From: Octopus bimaculoides
Lineage: Eukaryota
DNA length: 49,754 nt
NCBI RefSeq assembly: GCF_001194135.2
Contig: NC_069000.1
Location: forward strand, 41,114,870-41,164,623
Reading direction: 5' to 3'
Shown: one piece after another, positions 13,280 through 25,080 of the stretch
Position numbering within the stretch: position 1 is the first letter of the stretch
Layout of the letters: each line of letters begins with the position of its first letter
The notes under the pieces: generated by a model
Told to the model about the DNA's origin: nothing
The model's database searches: none
The model's input: only the letters and a program-made list of their open reading frames with translations
Position numbers and translations under genes: made by a program

Positions 13280-13850
13280 CACGCCCTTTGCATTTTTAAA
13301 TGTAAGGACCCTATTGGGCCTGCTACTGGTCACAGAGTCTTGATCAGAGAGTCTCCAAACTCACACCCGACCACTGTCGAAAAATAAAGTAAATCTGGAC
13401 TCATCAGTGAATATGAAAGTGTTCCAAAATGCTAGCAGCCTCTCCGCCTTCACACTGGCCCAATCTTTTCTCTGCTTAATATTTGGTCGAAGAAGTGGCT
13501 TCCTTCTTGCTGCTCTGTCATTGTAGCCAAGTCTGTGAAGATTCCTGGCAGCTGTACCGGGACTGATAACAACTTGTCCTGTTATGTCAGATGCCTTGCA
13601 ACGAGGATTATCCTCAATACTTCTTTTAACAAAGTGAAGGGTCTTGTCACAGGACTCTGGTCGATCTGGCCGAGCTGATGTGGAATCCTTCTCTCTCTGG
13701 TGAATTGCAGAATTACTCTATTAACTTTAGAAAGTAGGGTCCCTAGGTTTTCTGCGATTTTATGCTAAGTACACCTTCAGATAGACCCACAATATGGCCT
13801 CTTTGAAATTCGGACAGTTCTATGTCTTCTTTTGTACGTAGCATGATTAA
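13280..13850 (-). mobile_element. Tc1 transposase remnant (second family)
   Basis: ELSEFQRGHIVGL, GYNDRAARRKPLL and FIFTDESRFTLF. Confidence 0.85.
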
Positions 13851-13885
13851 ACAGTCACATATAGAACCTAAAACATAAAGATGTC

Positions 13886-14108
13886 GGGGAGAGTCATTCT
13901 CTTTTAGTGCCTTATAATTTAACACACTTACCGGTAAAATTTCCACTTATTTCTTTTTTATCTTTGTAAAACTTTCGTTGCATCTTGAAGCGTCTTGCAA
14001 AGCTTGCAAGATGAAATGAAAATTTTAGAAAAATAAAGAATAAATAAGTGGAAATTTTACCGGTGAATATGTTAAACTATAAGAAAATAAAAGAGAATGA
14101 CTCTCCCC
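13886..14108. repeat. Foldback/MITE-like palindrome; related copy at about 2890-3125
   Basis: ggggagagtcattctc...taccggtaaaatttccacttattt versus aaataagtggaaattttaccggt...gagaatgactctcccc. Confidence 0.7.
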
Positions 14109-14766
14109 AGATACAACAGAATATGCTTCAACACGCGAACTCACATAAAAAATCTTGCAAACCAAATCCAAAAACGAAATAANNNNNNNNNNGGGGGGGT
14201 GTTCTATTTACTTCTGTCGTGTGTGTGTGTGTATGTGTGTATGTGTGTGTATGTGTGTATGTGTGTGTATGTGTTTATGTATATCTGTGTGTGTGTGTGT
14301 GTGTGTGTGCATATAAACATGCATATATGCATGAACGCATAGATATATGCACAAACACATCAGGTAAAAGAAAATGCAAAGAGGATGCGTCGGAAAGACA
14401 TTATTTTGAAAAGCGGCAAAAAGTGCAAAATAATGTTGCCGTGAGAAGTGGAATCCCAACATTTTCGGCCGAAATCTTCAACAGGTTTGACATGATACAC
14501 GCGAAATAAAAGTAGAGAGAGTTTTAGATCCTTCCTGTTTAAACCATTGACTGCAAGTGATGTCGAAGGAAAACAACGTGAATAAGATCTGTTATTTCCA
14601 GTCTACCCACAGAAAGGAGAAAGAAACTAGGAAAGAAACAGGCGAAAGAAACAAGTGAGTATATGGGTAGGAAAGATTACCCTAAATCAAAAGAAGGAGA
14701 ACAGCGTGCAAGAATGAGGTGACGGGGAAAATTATTGAGAAGAAATCTAAATGATAAGGCAAGATT

Positions 14767-14804
<38 letters not shown>

Positions 14805-15129
14805 AGTAAAAATAAATACAAAAAAGGTGTTTTTTTTGTATGATTGTGTATAGAGGAATATATTATTTTGTTTAAAAGAGTTCCAACACTGTCTGTTTTT
14901 TATGTTTTATTTATATTCCTGCAGAACCAATGTGGGGTATAGAATATGGAATATACAATATATAATATAAAATAAAATAAAATAAAAATGGATGGCACCA
15001 TGAAAGAANNNNNNNNNNNNNNNNNNNNNNNNNNNNNNNNNNNNNNNNNNNNNNNNNNNNNNNNNNNNNNNNNNNNNNNNNNNNNNNNNNNNNNNNNNNN
15101 NNNNNNNNNNNNNNNNNNNNNNATATATA

Positions 15130-16260
15130 TATATATATATAGGTTATGAGACGTAATCGTGTTAATAAGACCCAAAGGTGTCAGGTAATGCTGAGTAAGT
15201 GCTATAGACAGACTATAGTTATATATATAGACAGGCATTATGATAGACTGGTATGAGTTGTGAGTGAAAGGATGAGAGAGGAGAGAGAGAAAAGAAAGAA
15301 ATGGAATAGGTGTGGGAAAGAATGAATAAGAGCGAAAGTAAAATAAAATCAAAAAATGAAAAGTAAAGATAAGGTGTCACTATTGTTCTTCGTAAGGGTC
15401 GATTAGGGGTGAGCGGTCAGACGTTAAGGTTTTGGTAAAGTGGAGGGGTAAGGTATTTATGTCCATTAATTAAATAAGTGAACTTTCGGTTCGGTGTAGT
15501 CAGAAAGAGAATTTAGTTCAATGGTTAATGGGGTTTTATAGTCTAGCCTAAGGAAGTATATATAAGATAAAATGCAATTAAATGGGTAAAGGATAAAAAT
15601 TAAAGAATAAAAATTGAACTTAAAAAGGTTATAGATTTAAAATAAAACTGAAAATTATAAATTAAAAGAAATTATTGCAGCTAGCTAGATACTTATGTTT
15701 ATAGAAAAGAAAAGAAAAATATGTACTATACTGTTGCGACCGTGGATACATATAGGCAAGTCTTATGTGTGTTGATTTCGCTTGCGTTTGGACCGACGGA
15801 AGAATCTAAAGGTGTGATAGAATTTATGCTTACATGTAGAGAACGCTTAGTGTTGTTTATGAGTAATTGTGGCGAATTATGAATTAATATTTTGAGGGCT
15901 TCTTTCAGGTAGAGTCCACGCGTGGAGTGCTTGCCTTGGTATAGGACTCCAGAATCGATTATGGCCTAGGATATCCTATAAGGTATTTTATTATTTATCA
16001 GACGGTGGATTTGCATTGCTCCTTATATTTAAATGAGTTTAAATGTACAGAATATCTCTGTTTAAAATCTATAGCAGACTCGATACATACTCACCTTGTC
16101 TCTGATGACGGTATACCCAGTGTAGGGACATATTAGCTTATCATTTGGGAAAGCTCAGAAACAGCTATAAAACTTCGAATTCATCTTACTCTTATTAAAT
16201 ATTCTAAATGACTTGACATTTCATGTCTGTTATGCAAACCATATGCTAGAAATATGTCTC
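15130..16260 (-). mobile_element. Penelope-like element 3' remnant (GIY-YIG endonuclease region)
   Basis: Degenerate SAIDFKQRYSVHLNSF and LYLKEALKIL GIY-YIG-like motifs; PLE-type terminal motifs nearby. Confidence 0.55.
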
Positions 16261-16486
16261 AGAGTACAAGGTCAACACACAAAGGAACAAGATTCCAAGG
16301 GGGTCTTGTTCCACATGAGACGACGTTTGCAACATTCCCAAAGTAGTGAAAGGTCCAACCTATAAACACATATATACATATATACACATATATACATATA
16401 CGCATATATAGATTTATATATATATATACACATATACATATATACTCATATATATACGTGTATATATACATGTATGTATGTGTGTA

Positions 16487-16525
<39 letters not shown>

Positions 16526-16627
16526 TAAGGTACTCAGAAATCTGGATGTTTATACATTTACAGATTTTTATTAATGTCACATATTAAATTAATGTCACAT
16601 ATTAAATAAAGCGCTTTTCACCTAATC

Positions 16628-16990
16628 GTGTATATATAAAAAGAATGAGATAAAGAGACCAATGTCATAAATAAATTTATATTTTATGTAGAATGTCTTA
16701 CAGCTGTTTCAAGGAAATTTCAATGTATCCCTTCATCGGAGACGGTAATAGTAGGAGATAAGGATTATTATTTCTGTATGATGAGATTTGCAGTAAGAAA
16801 TGAGAGCGATGAGGAGAAGAAGAAACAAAGAAGAAAAAGTACTTGGAGTACGGATTCTATATATGGATATTTACTTTTGGAATGGAACTATATATTGAAT
16901 TTTCTCTGAAACAGCTGAAAGACATTCTACATAAAATATAAATTTATTTATGCCATTGGTCTCTTTATCTCATTCTTTTTATATATACAC
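16628..16990. repeat. 95-bp inverted repeat (16628-16722 / 16896-16990), PLE-terminus-like
   Basis: Direct reverse-complement match with a few mismatches; overlaps a hammerhead-like motif. Confidence 0.8.
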
Positions 16991-17131
16991 ACGCTAATAC
17001 ACGACCCATGTTATATTCCCCATTCATGTTGCAACCACATCTGGGGCAAAAGTAGTCGGTATACAGCACTCACTCGGTATTACCTGTATCATTCGGGTAT
17101 GGTTGACTCCATTACCCTTCATAACCTTTAT

Positions 17132-17184
<53 letters not shown>

Positions 17185-17284
17185 GCATATATATACATAT
17201 ATATACATACGTATACATATATATATATGCATATATATACATATATGTATATATGTATATATATACATATATATGCATACATAC

Positions 17285-17368
17285 TAATTTTTGAAAATAG
17301 ATATATATACGGGAAGTTGCAACTTCCATGGCTTTCCAAATATGAACATTGGCATAAGTTATGTGAAA
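17285..17368 (-). CDS. Tentative gene C exon 6 ([28 protein letters not shown])
   Basis: atctcag| acceptor and gtatgt donor, 84 nt, phase 1-1, in frame; Cys pattern resembles the C..C...CFP segment that follows DHD in peroxidases; splice signals only moderate. Confidence 0.35.
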
Positions 17369-17460
17369 CTGAGATACACGAGATATTAAAATTTATTTAT
17401 TCTACTTTATACAACTGCATTGTGTGTCTGTATTTGTGTGTGTCTGAGAGAGAGAGAGAG

Positions 17461-17501
<41 letters not shown>

Positions 17502-17628
17502 TATATGTTTGTCTGCGTACAAAGAGTGTTAGAGCTTAAAAAAGAGAAGTAGAAAGAACGAGAGAAAAACAAATAGAAACACGAAATAGAAATAATTTCC
17601 AGAAAGAATATTATTTTGATTTACTTAC

Positions 17629-17808
17629 CTGTACTTCCTTTTTCAGTGAGAAACAAATCAAACATGAGGAGATTTCCAAAAATTGTAAAAAGATGAGTTG
17701 CATCTGATACCGTGGCATCTTGACAGGGGAACAAATCCATACTTACTTTTCTGGGAGGTGGGAGAACTTGACCGAACAAATTCTTATATGGAAGCGCACC
17801 AGTTCCAC
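17629..17808 (-). CDS. Gene C exon 5, animal heme peroxidase-like domain with degenerate distal pocket
   Basis: ttttccttag|...ACAG|gtaagt, 180 nt, phase 1-1, open: GGTGALPYKNLFGQVLPPPRKVSMDLFPCQDATVSDATHLFTIFGNLLMFDLFLTEKGST; matches the LPxxRxVS and WGQxxDHD regions of the family. Confidence 0.85.
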
Positions 17809-17899
17809 CTAAGGAAAAGAAGTATACGATAGTTACATTAAAATCAATATACTAGCAACTATATATGCTTTTCTGTTTATTCCAGTATATTTGTATGCG

Positions 17900-18215
17900 C
17901 GAACTTATTCTATGTGACAAAGTGGAGAGTAGTGGTTTTCTTTCACGACAATACATCTGCGCACACAGATAGTTTTTAACCAAAAATGGCAAGATCCCGC
18001 TTACCCACCCTCCTTATTCACCCGACCTTGCTCCCTGCGACTTGTTTTCCCCCTGAATGAAGAAAAGTCCTTCAAAGAAAACGTTTTGCAGATTTATACG
18101 AGTGGAAGAAAAAAAAACTACGGAGTTATTAAAAGGCATTACTTCGCAAGAGTTCTAGCACTGCTTCGATCAGTGGAAAATGCATCTGGACCGATGCATT
18201 GCTTCAAATGGAGAA
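17900..18215 (+). mobile_element. Mariner C-terminal remnant in gene C intron 4
   Basis: FFHDNTSAH..HPPYSPDLAPCDLF. Confidence 0.85.
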
Positions 18216-18277
18216 CAAACAAAAGTAAATGAATGAAATGATATTGCGTATGTTTGTATGTGTGCGTGCGTGTGTGT

Positions 18278-18308
<31 letters not shown>

Positions 18309-18533
18309 ATTTCTTTACTGCCCACAAGGGGCTACACACAGAGGGGACAAACAAGGACAAACAAACGGATTAAGTCGATTATATCGATCCCAGTGCGTAA
18401 CTGGTACTTATTTAATCGACCCCAAAATGATGAAAGGCACAGTCGACCTCGGCGGAATTTGAACTCAGAACGTAGCGGCAGACGAAATACCGCTAAGCAT
18501 TTCGCCCGGTGTGCTAACGTTTCTGCCAGCTCG

Positions 18534-18535
<2 letters not shown>

Positions 18536-18625
<90 letters not shown>
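18536..18625. repeat. (GT)n microsatellite, representative of dozens of (CA)n, (TA)n, (TATG)n, (GATA)n and (TAA)n tracts
   Basis: Directly visible; these tracts explain most low-complexity ORFs in the track. Confidence 0.95.
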
Positions 18626-18626
<1 letters not shown>

Positions 18627-18655
18627 GGAAAATTGCAAAGCATTCTCATACGTAC

Positions 18656-18846
18656 CTGTTGCCAGATATGTCATGTATCGACTCAAAGGTGAAGATGCAC
18701 TACCAGCGTATTTCGAAGCTACATTATTACATTGTCCGTCCGCTTGATAGTAGTTAATTGTCGGGCAATATGTATTATTACATTGTCCGTCCGCTTGATA
18801 GTAGTTAATTGTCGGGCAATATGTATTAGCGGTAAAAATGCAGCTA
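18656..18846 (-). CDS. Gene C exon 4, N-terminus of animal heme peroxidase domain
   Basis: Long polypyrimidine acceptor ...tttttcatctgcag| and donor ACAG|gtacgt; 191 nt, phase 2-1; SCIFTANTYCPTINYYQADGQCNNTYCPTINYYQADGQCNNVASKYAGSASSPLSRYMTYLAT matches YRTxDGxCNN...G....R. Confidence 0.88.
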
Positions 18847-19029
18847 CTGCAGATGAAAAATAGAGAAGAAAATAAAAGAAAAAGAAAAATATATTGCTAG
18901 GGTGGTTTGTATATCAAATTCATGTATTTATGACACATCCATATCATTTTTAGTTCGCACTCTCTCCACCAGCTTCATTTCCCATAGCCAGACTATTTCG
19001 TACTTAAGAGGGTTGTATCAATCGATCTT

Positions 19030-19450
19030 TCCGCCTTTCGTCTTGACTATTCGTGGGTGAGAGGGGCATGCAACATCAACTACATAGCATATCTGGTGCA
19101 CCATGTCCGCCACCACTAGGTTCTAGCACCTGATCTGTTTGGACTGTTAAATCCAAGAGGATTTTGCTTGTCTCCGACTCCGTCACTCTCTACGGTTTTC
19201 ATTCCACGTCCTGCTTCCCTCTAGCCCCCACTTTCCGCAATTTTCAATGTAGCCCTTTCGCTACCTGATCGTGTTGCCAGAAATTGTAGTGGTTTGAGAC
19301 AAGGCTAGGGCATTCGTTCGTGATATGGGCAATGGTTTCGTCAACTCTGTTAAAGATGCGGCACAGCGGAGACACTTGCTCATTCCTAAGGCTGACCTTC
19401 TAACTCTTGGCCAAAGCTTGGTCTTCGGCTGCATGTATAGTGCTCTCGGT
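19030..19450 (-). mobile_element. Older R4/Dong-like non-LTR remnant
   Basis: LCRIFNRVDETIAHITNECP..HDQVAKGLH..YVVDVACP (CCHC finger plus RLE region) with stop codons. Confidence 0.7.
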
Positions 19451-19460
19451 ATTATTATTA

Positions 19461-19519
<59 letters not shown>

Positions 19520-20815
19520 GCCTTTGCACAGCTTCTAACGCTGGAGATGTACTACAGTGAACTAAGGTAACACCTCTTATTTTTCGAGCACCTTCCGGAA
19601 TATTCGAGCGGTTCCAAGCAGTGCTGTTTTCTGCAAGTGCTCCACCCTTATTGCAGCCCCTATTTGTTCCACGTACTTCTTGAGATTTTTGCTCACTGTT
19701 CTCAGAGCTCCGACAATTATTGGTACTACTACCACCTTTTTCATCGACCATAACTGCTTAACTTCCCAAGCTAACCTGTCATATCTCTCGACTTTTCTTT
19801 CTTCCTTATCGCATACCTTGTTGTCAGCTGGGCATGCTATGTTTATGATCCAGCATAGCTTGTTTTCTTTCTCAATTAAGATTTTGTCTGGCTTCCTATT
19901 CTCTATCTCAAGGTCGCACTGAATCATAATATCCCATAAGATCTTTGCATTTCTATTTTCGACGATGCCTTCAGGTTTGTGGTCGTACCAATCTTTTGCT
20001 CTGTCAAGTCCATACTTGTTGCAAAGTGTCCAATGGACAAACCTGGCTATATTGTGGTAGCGTCTCTTATATTCCTTCTGGGCTAGTGGCCTACATTGGC
20101 TGGTAATATGCCATACAGTTTCACCATTTTGTCCACAGATTCTGCACTTATCACTTTCTGCTCTGTTGTCTATTCTGTATTTTATGTAGTTTATTCTTAG
20201 TGCTTGCACAGATTAGTTCTTAGCACAGATTAGATCCTCCGTTTCCGGTTTTAAATAACTTTTAGTCATCTACAGCCATCCTTTTTTCTCTGTCTCTCTT
20301 ATCTTCAACATCCCTATGAAATTGACCATGTATTCTTTTATTTACCCATCTATTTTCAGTTCCATTCGTTTTCAATTTCTTGTACAGTGCTTTATCTTTG
20401 CAATCTTTCATCCTACACAATACTGACCTTCTTACTTCTAATAGTAGCGGTTCTGCGGCATTTTTTACATACCATGCTATGATGTTTTCTTCTGCTCTAA
20501 TGCTGTGTTCGCATCCAATAAGTCCTCTTCTCCCTCTTTTTGTTGGAACATACAGACTGACTGTGTCACTTTTTGAGTAGATTGTCCCATATTTAGTTAG
20601 TAACTTCCTTGTCTTTCTGTCTAAGCTGTTTAGTTCGTCTACTGTCCATGCGATAACCCCTGTTCCATATCTAAGGAGTGAAACCGCCCAGATGTTGATA
20701 GCTTCGATCTTATTCCGTCCATTTAATTTCGATTTAAGGATTAGTCTCAGTCTATGCAAGTACTCCACTTTAAATTTTTCTGTCATTTCTTTTTCCATCA
20801 GTTTATCTATTTCCA
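19451..20815 (-). mobile_element. R4/Dong-clade non-LTR retrotransposon 3' part ending in a (TAA)n tract
   Basis: CRICGQNGETVWHITSQC, RKPDKIL..IINIACP and LQKTALLGTARIFRKVL; frameshift near 20230; (ATT)n at about 19451-19519. Confidence 0.9.
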
Positions 20816-21429
20816 TCGGCAAGCTAGCAGAATCGTTAGCAGATCAGGCAAAATATTTAGTGGTATTTCTTCCGGCTCTTTTATGTTCAAATTCCGCTGA
20901 GGTCAACTTAGCCTTCCATCTTTTCGCGGTTGATAAAATAAGTACCAGTTGAGGACAAGGGTCGATGTAATTGACTTAGCCTTTTCCCAGAAATTGTTAA
21001 CGTTGTTCCAAAATGTGAAGCTATTATTGTTGATGATGGCGCTGTTGTTGTTGCTGTTTTTAAGTACTTGGATCAATATTACAGACTTATCCCATCCTCT
21101 AAAATTGCTGGCCTTGTACCAAAATTTGAAACCATTATTATTATTTGCTGCCGACTCATTCAGAAATATGTTAGTCACACGTATACATGTATCCACACAC
21201 GCGCGCGCGCTCAATGACATTTACTAGGAGAGACCTGAAAGTGACAGTGACACTAGAACTGTTTGTTGATTTATTGCTAAGACCTCATCGACAAACTATA
21301 GAGACGGATGGTTTAAAAACTGGAAACAGCTTTCGGCATTACGTCTCTACTGTTTGATGCCTCCGGAAGCGTTAGCTAAAATATATGCAGAAGAGTCTTT
21401 GAATCCTTCCTCCGAATAATGTTGTTGTT

Positions 21430-21810
21430 GTTGGCACTCCGTCGCTCACGACGTCGATGGTTCCAGTTGATCCGATCAACGGAACAGCCTGCTCATAAAA
21501 TTAACGTGCAAGTGGCTGAGCACTCCACAGACACGTGTACCCTTAACGTAGTTCTCGCGGAGATTCAGCGTGACACAGTGTGACAAGGCTAACCCTTTGA
21601 ATTACAGGCACAACAGAAACAGGAAGAAAGAGTGAGAGAAAGTTGTGGTGAAAGAGTACAGCAGGGTTCGCCACCATCCCCTGCCGGAGCCTCGTGGAGC
21701 TTTAGGCGTTTTCGCTCAATAAACAATCACAACGCCCGGTCTAGGAATCGAAATCGCGATCCTATGACCGCGAGTCCGCTGCCCGAACCACTGGGCCATT
21801 GCGCCTCCAC
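21430..21810. mobile_element. Second SINE-like family (also about 5495-5825 and 43230-43500)
   Basis: Shared gttgatccgatcaacggaacagcctgctc..gtggctgagcactccacaga. Confidence 0.8.
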
Positions 21811-22580
21811 AACTCCGAATAATGTATACAAGTGACAAAAGACAAATATATATAATGTATTGGAATTACTGTCAGAAACCAAAATTACTCAATTCCTGAA
21901 GTTATCGCATCAGGAACGTATAAAGCAACAGTTATGTAATTGGGTAACTATATTTCAAAAAGTATTAAGAATTGAGTTGCCCCTAAAATATTTGAAAGAT
22001 ATCTTAATGCATTGAATGAGATAATTAGCCAAAGTATGAAGAAAAGCGTTCCAACAGTGGCAAAATAACCTTTTTAAGGAATTTAGTTACAAGGTCAGTC
22101 CTGATTAAGGAACCCTATTACTCCCGAGCATTCATCTTTTATTTTTGTTTCATTCAGGGGACGTAGTTGTTTTTTGACCTTCAATATCCATACAATATAA
22201 AGGCGGCTAGCTGGCAGAAACGTTAACACGCTGGGCAAAATGCTCAGCAGTATTTGGTCTGTCTTTACGTTCTGAGTTTAAATTCCGCCGAGGTCGACTT
22301 TGCCTTTCATCTTTTCGAGGGTTGATAAATTAAGTACCACTTGCATACTGGGGTCGATCTAATCGAATGTCCCCCTCCCCAAAATTTCGGGCCTTGTGCC
22401 TAGAGTAGAATACAATATAATATTGCCGTTATACAAACGTATAGCTGTGCGATAGCTATGGTTTAGTAAACTTATTGTATGTAAAATTATAACACTTCAT
22501 CAACTTAACGTTACATTTAGAACTCTTAAGAAAGCATGCAAAAGCATACATATGAATGTAGAAGTATTTGATCCATTTAC

Positions 22581-22596
22581 CTGCTTACAAGGCAAT
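22581..22596 (-). CDS. Gene C exon 3, 16-nt microexon (D)CLVS
   Basis: tcatttcgactggtattgcag|ATTGCCTTGTAAGCAG|gtaaat; homolog of 4835-4850; phases fit both neighbouring exons. Confidence 0.82.
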
Positions 22597-23403
22597 CTGC
22601 AATACCAGTCGAAATGAAGGAAAGGAAAAAGTACAAACATTATTATTTTTTTAATTGTTGATTAAAAAAAAACATTGGTTTTATAAAACGTAAAATTGTA
22701 TTATTCAATTATATTTTGAAAATATTAATTTAGATAAACACAGCATAATGAATTCTGCTGAAAAATATTCCATTGCAAATAGAAGAACCTTGGTCAATTT
22801 TCATTTCGATACATACAAATTCAATTAATTTCACTCGTATGTTACTACTCATTAAGGTGGCAAGCTGTCAACGTCGCTAGCACTACAGGCAAAATGATTA
22901 GCAATATTGCGTTTGTCTTTACGTTCAAATTCCAGCGAGACCGACTTTGTTCGATAAAATAAGTGCTAGTTGAACCCTGAGGCCGATGTAATCGACTTGC
23001 CCTCTCCCTCGAAATTGTTGTGCCAAAATTTGACACCAATATACTGCTCATTAGTCCATTTCTTTCTTTTCTCTTCCTCTCACTTTTATCCTCCTCTTTC
23101 TCTCTCTCTCTCTTTCTTTCTTTCTTTCGCGCGCTCTTTGATGAAAAAAAAAGACCTTCCTCACTTCTTAAGCATTGTGGGTCGAAAACATTATTATGTC
23201 TCCTACTCTTAAGAACATAGACTGTGGTTTGAGGGTGATTTGCTAAGTACTGAAAATATGCAAGTGGTAAGATTTTTCATTTTTTTCCCCTTCACTCGTT
23301 AGTTCAAAGATCTATAGCTTGGGCCATATGTCCCCTGTAATTACACAATAAAAATGTAGATCAAACAAATGACTGAAGTTTTAATGAATGAAATATTATT
23401 TAC

Positions 23404-23450
23404 CTTGAAGAATGACAGCTATGCCAGTCAATAACAATGCAACAAGCAAC
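23404..23450 (-). CDS. Gene C exon 2, signal peptide (R)LLVALLLTGIAVILQ
   Basis: ttttccctag|GTTGCTT...CTTCAAG|gtaaat, 47 nt; homolog of gene A/B exon 2. Confidence 0.85.
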
Positions 23451-23749
23451 CTAGGGAAAATGGAAAGAAAATGAGAACGGAATGTTATCAGAAATGTAAT
23501 TTAAAGATATTGTATCATACAGATTCGCACACATGCGACTTATACATGATCAAGTATCTCTTGTTTCCCGAAAGCTCGTATCAAACGAGTCTTGGAGTAG
23601 TGACTAAGTGAATCTTGATAATGAAGAGTGAAATGAAGGGTCTGTTACATGGAAATTGCAGGTCGATTGCGTGCTTGAATTTACAATGGAAGTTGTTGAC
23701 ATACATCTTTACTGCAATAGTATATGTTTACATGCTTCAAATGCTTCGA

Positions 23750-25080
23750 AATCAAGCAAAAGGGATGTAGAAAGGTTCTACATCTTTGCTATTGAAAAGA
23801 CGATCGCGAATGGCTGAAAATAAACGCCCAAAGAATTTATGAATTGCTTGGATAGACTTTACGAAAGCCTTTGACATGGTCCTACATTCGTGAAATATTT
23901 GTGAATGCTTGGAATGGTCGATTGCGTTATTAAAGAAATCGCATCTAGCATGCTCCTGTGGAAGACAAAACTGTATGTAAGAAATAAACACCTAGGTGCG
24001 GCAGATATAAGAAGAGTAATTTTCGAAGATGATTCATATTTGCTATTGTTCTTTGTAATCCTGTTACTATTTCCGATGATCTTGCGGGAGACAGGTATTG
24101 GCTATAAGATTGAAAACAGAGTGACTAAGATCGATCGTTTACTTTTCACGGATCATCTAGAGCTCTTTGGCAAGGATGAATTACAGATTGGTCCACTGAT
24201 CAGAACTGTTTACTGGTGCTGTAAAGAAATTGGGATGAAGTTTGGTATTGCAAAGTGCACTACCCTAACTATGGAAGAGATGGAGGCGTATGTATGGTAG
24301 TGAGAAAGAGTTACTTGATGGCGAGTCAATTGGTCACCGTCAGAATAAAGGGTACAAATATCTGGGAATTTTGGAACTGGACAAAGTACTAAGTGAGAAG
24401 ATGAAAAGTAATATGAAAGAATTCTATTCAAACAATTTAGAGTTGCTACTAAAAACTAAATTGAATTGGAAGAACTCGATTACTACAACGAAAAACTGAG
24501 CCGTGCGGGTTATTAGAAATAGTGCGGATATTTTGAATTGGACCAAAACACATACAGTTGGATAGGTTAACGCCAAAGAAAATAGTTGACAATAGCGCAT
24601 TGCACCCAAGAACGTAGAAGAACGATTTTTGAAAGATTGTGTGACTAGGAAATACTGGTCAGTAGATTTGTATTTGGCCAATAGTAGACAAGGACTCTTA
24701 AGGTGTGTTACCAAAAGCAAAGTTATGTACATTGACATTATTGAAAGTAAATAAAATTACAAACAGAGGTTGCTAGCTGAGAAACTGAGCAGAAAGGAGG
24801 GTCTGGAATAACACGGTCAATTCGAAAGACAAACAAAAGAAGTAAAAGCAGAATCTTCATGGAAGCTAAAAGGTGATAGTAAGATAGAGACAAGAAGTTT
24901 GTAGCTGTTCAGGATCAAGCACTAAGCACAAATCGTTGAAGAATATGCATAACCCAGATGAAGCAAATACATGTAGGTTATGTGAGAAACAGCTGGAAAG
25001 TGATACACATCATGAGTACGTGTGATGTGCTTACGCAGAAAGAATAAAATTAGGCTGATACAGACGTAAGAGAGAAGTTA
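23750..25080 (+). mobile_element. Degenerate R4/Dong-like RT remnant in gene C intron 1
   Basis: KAFDMVLHS, IRRVIFEDDS (IRRGIFQGDS), LLFTDHLELF (YMDDLKL) and IGMKFGIAKC. Confidence 0.85.

Noticed and set aside
17629-17746. gtaagt at 17746 as a donor, implying a 9-nt microexon
   Set aside because: The GTAAGT encodes the conserved Val-Ser of LPxxRxVS; the frame continues through the distal-pocket motif.
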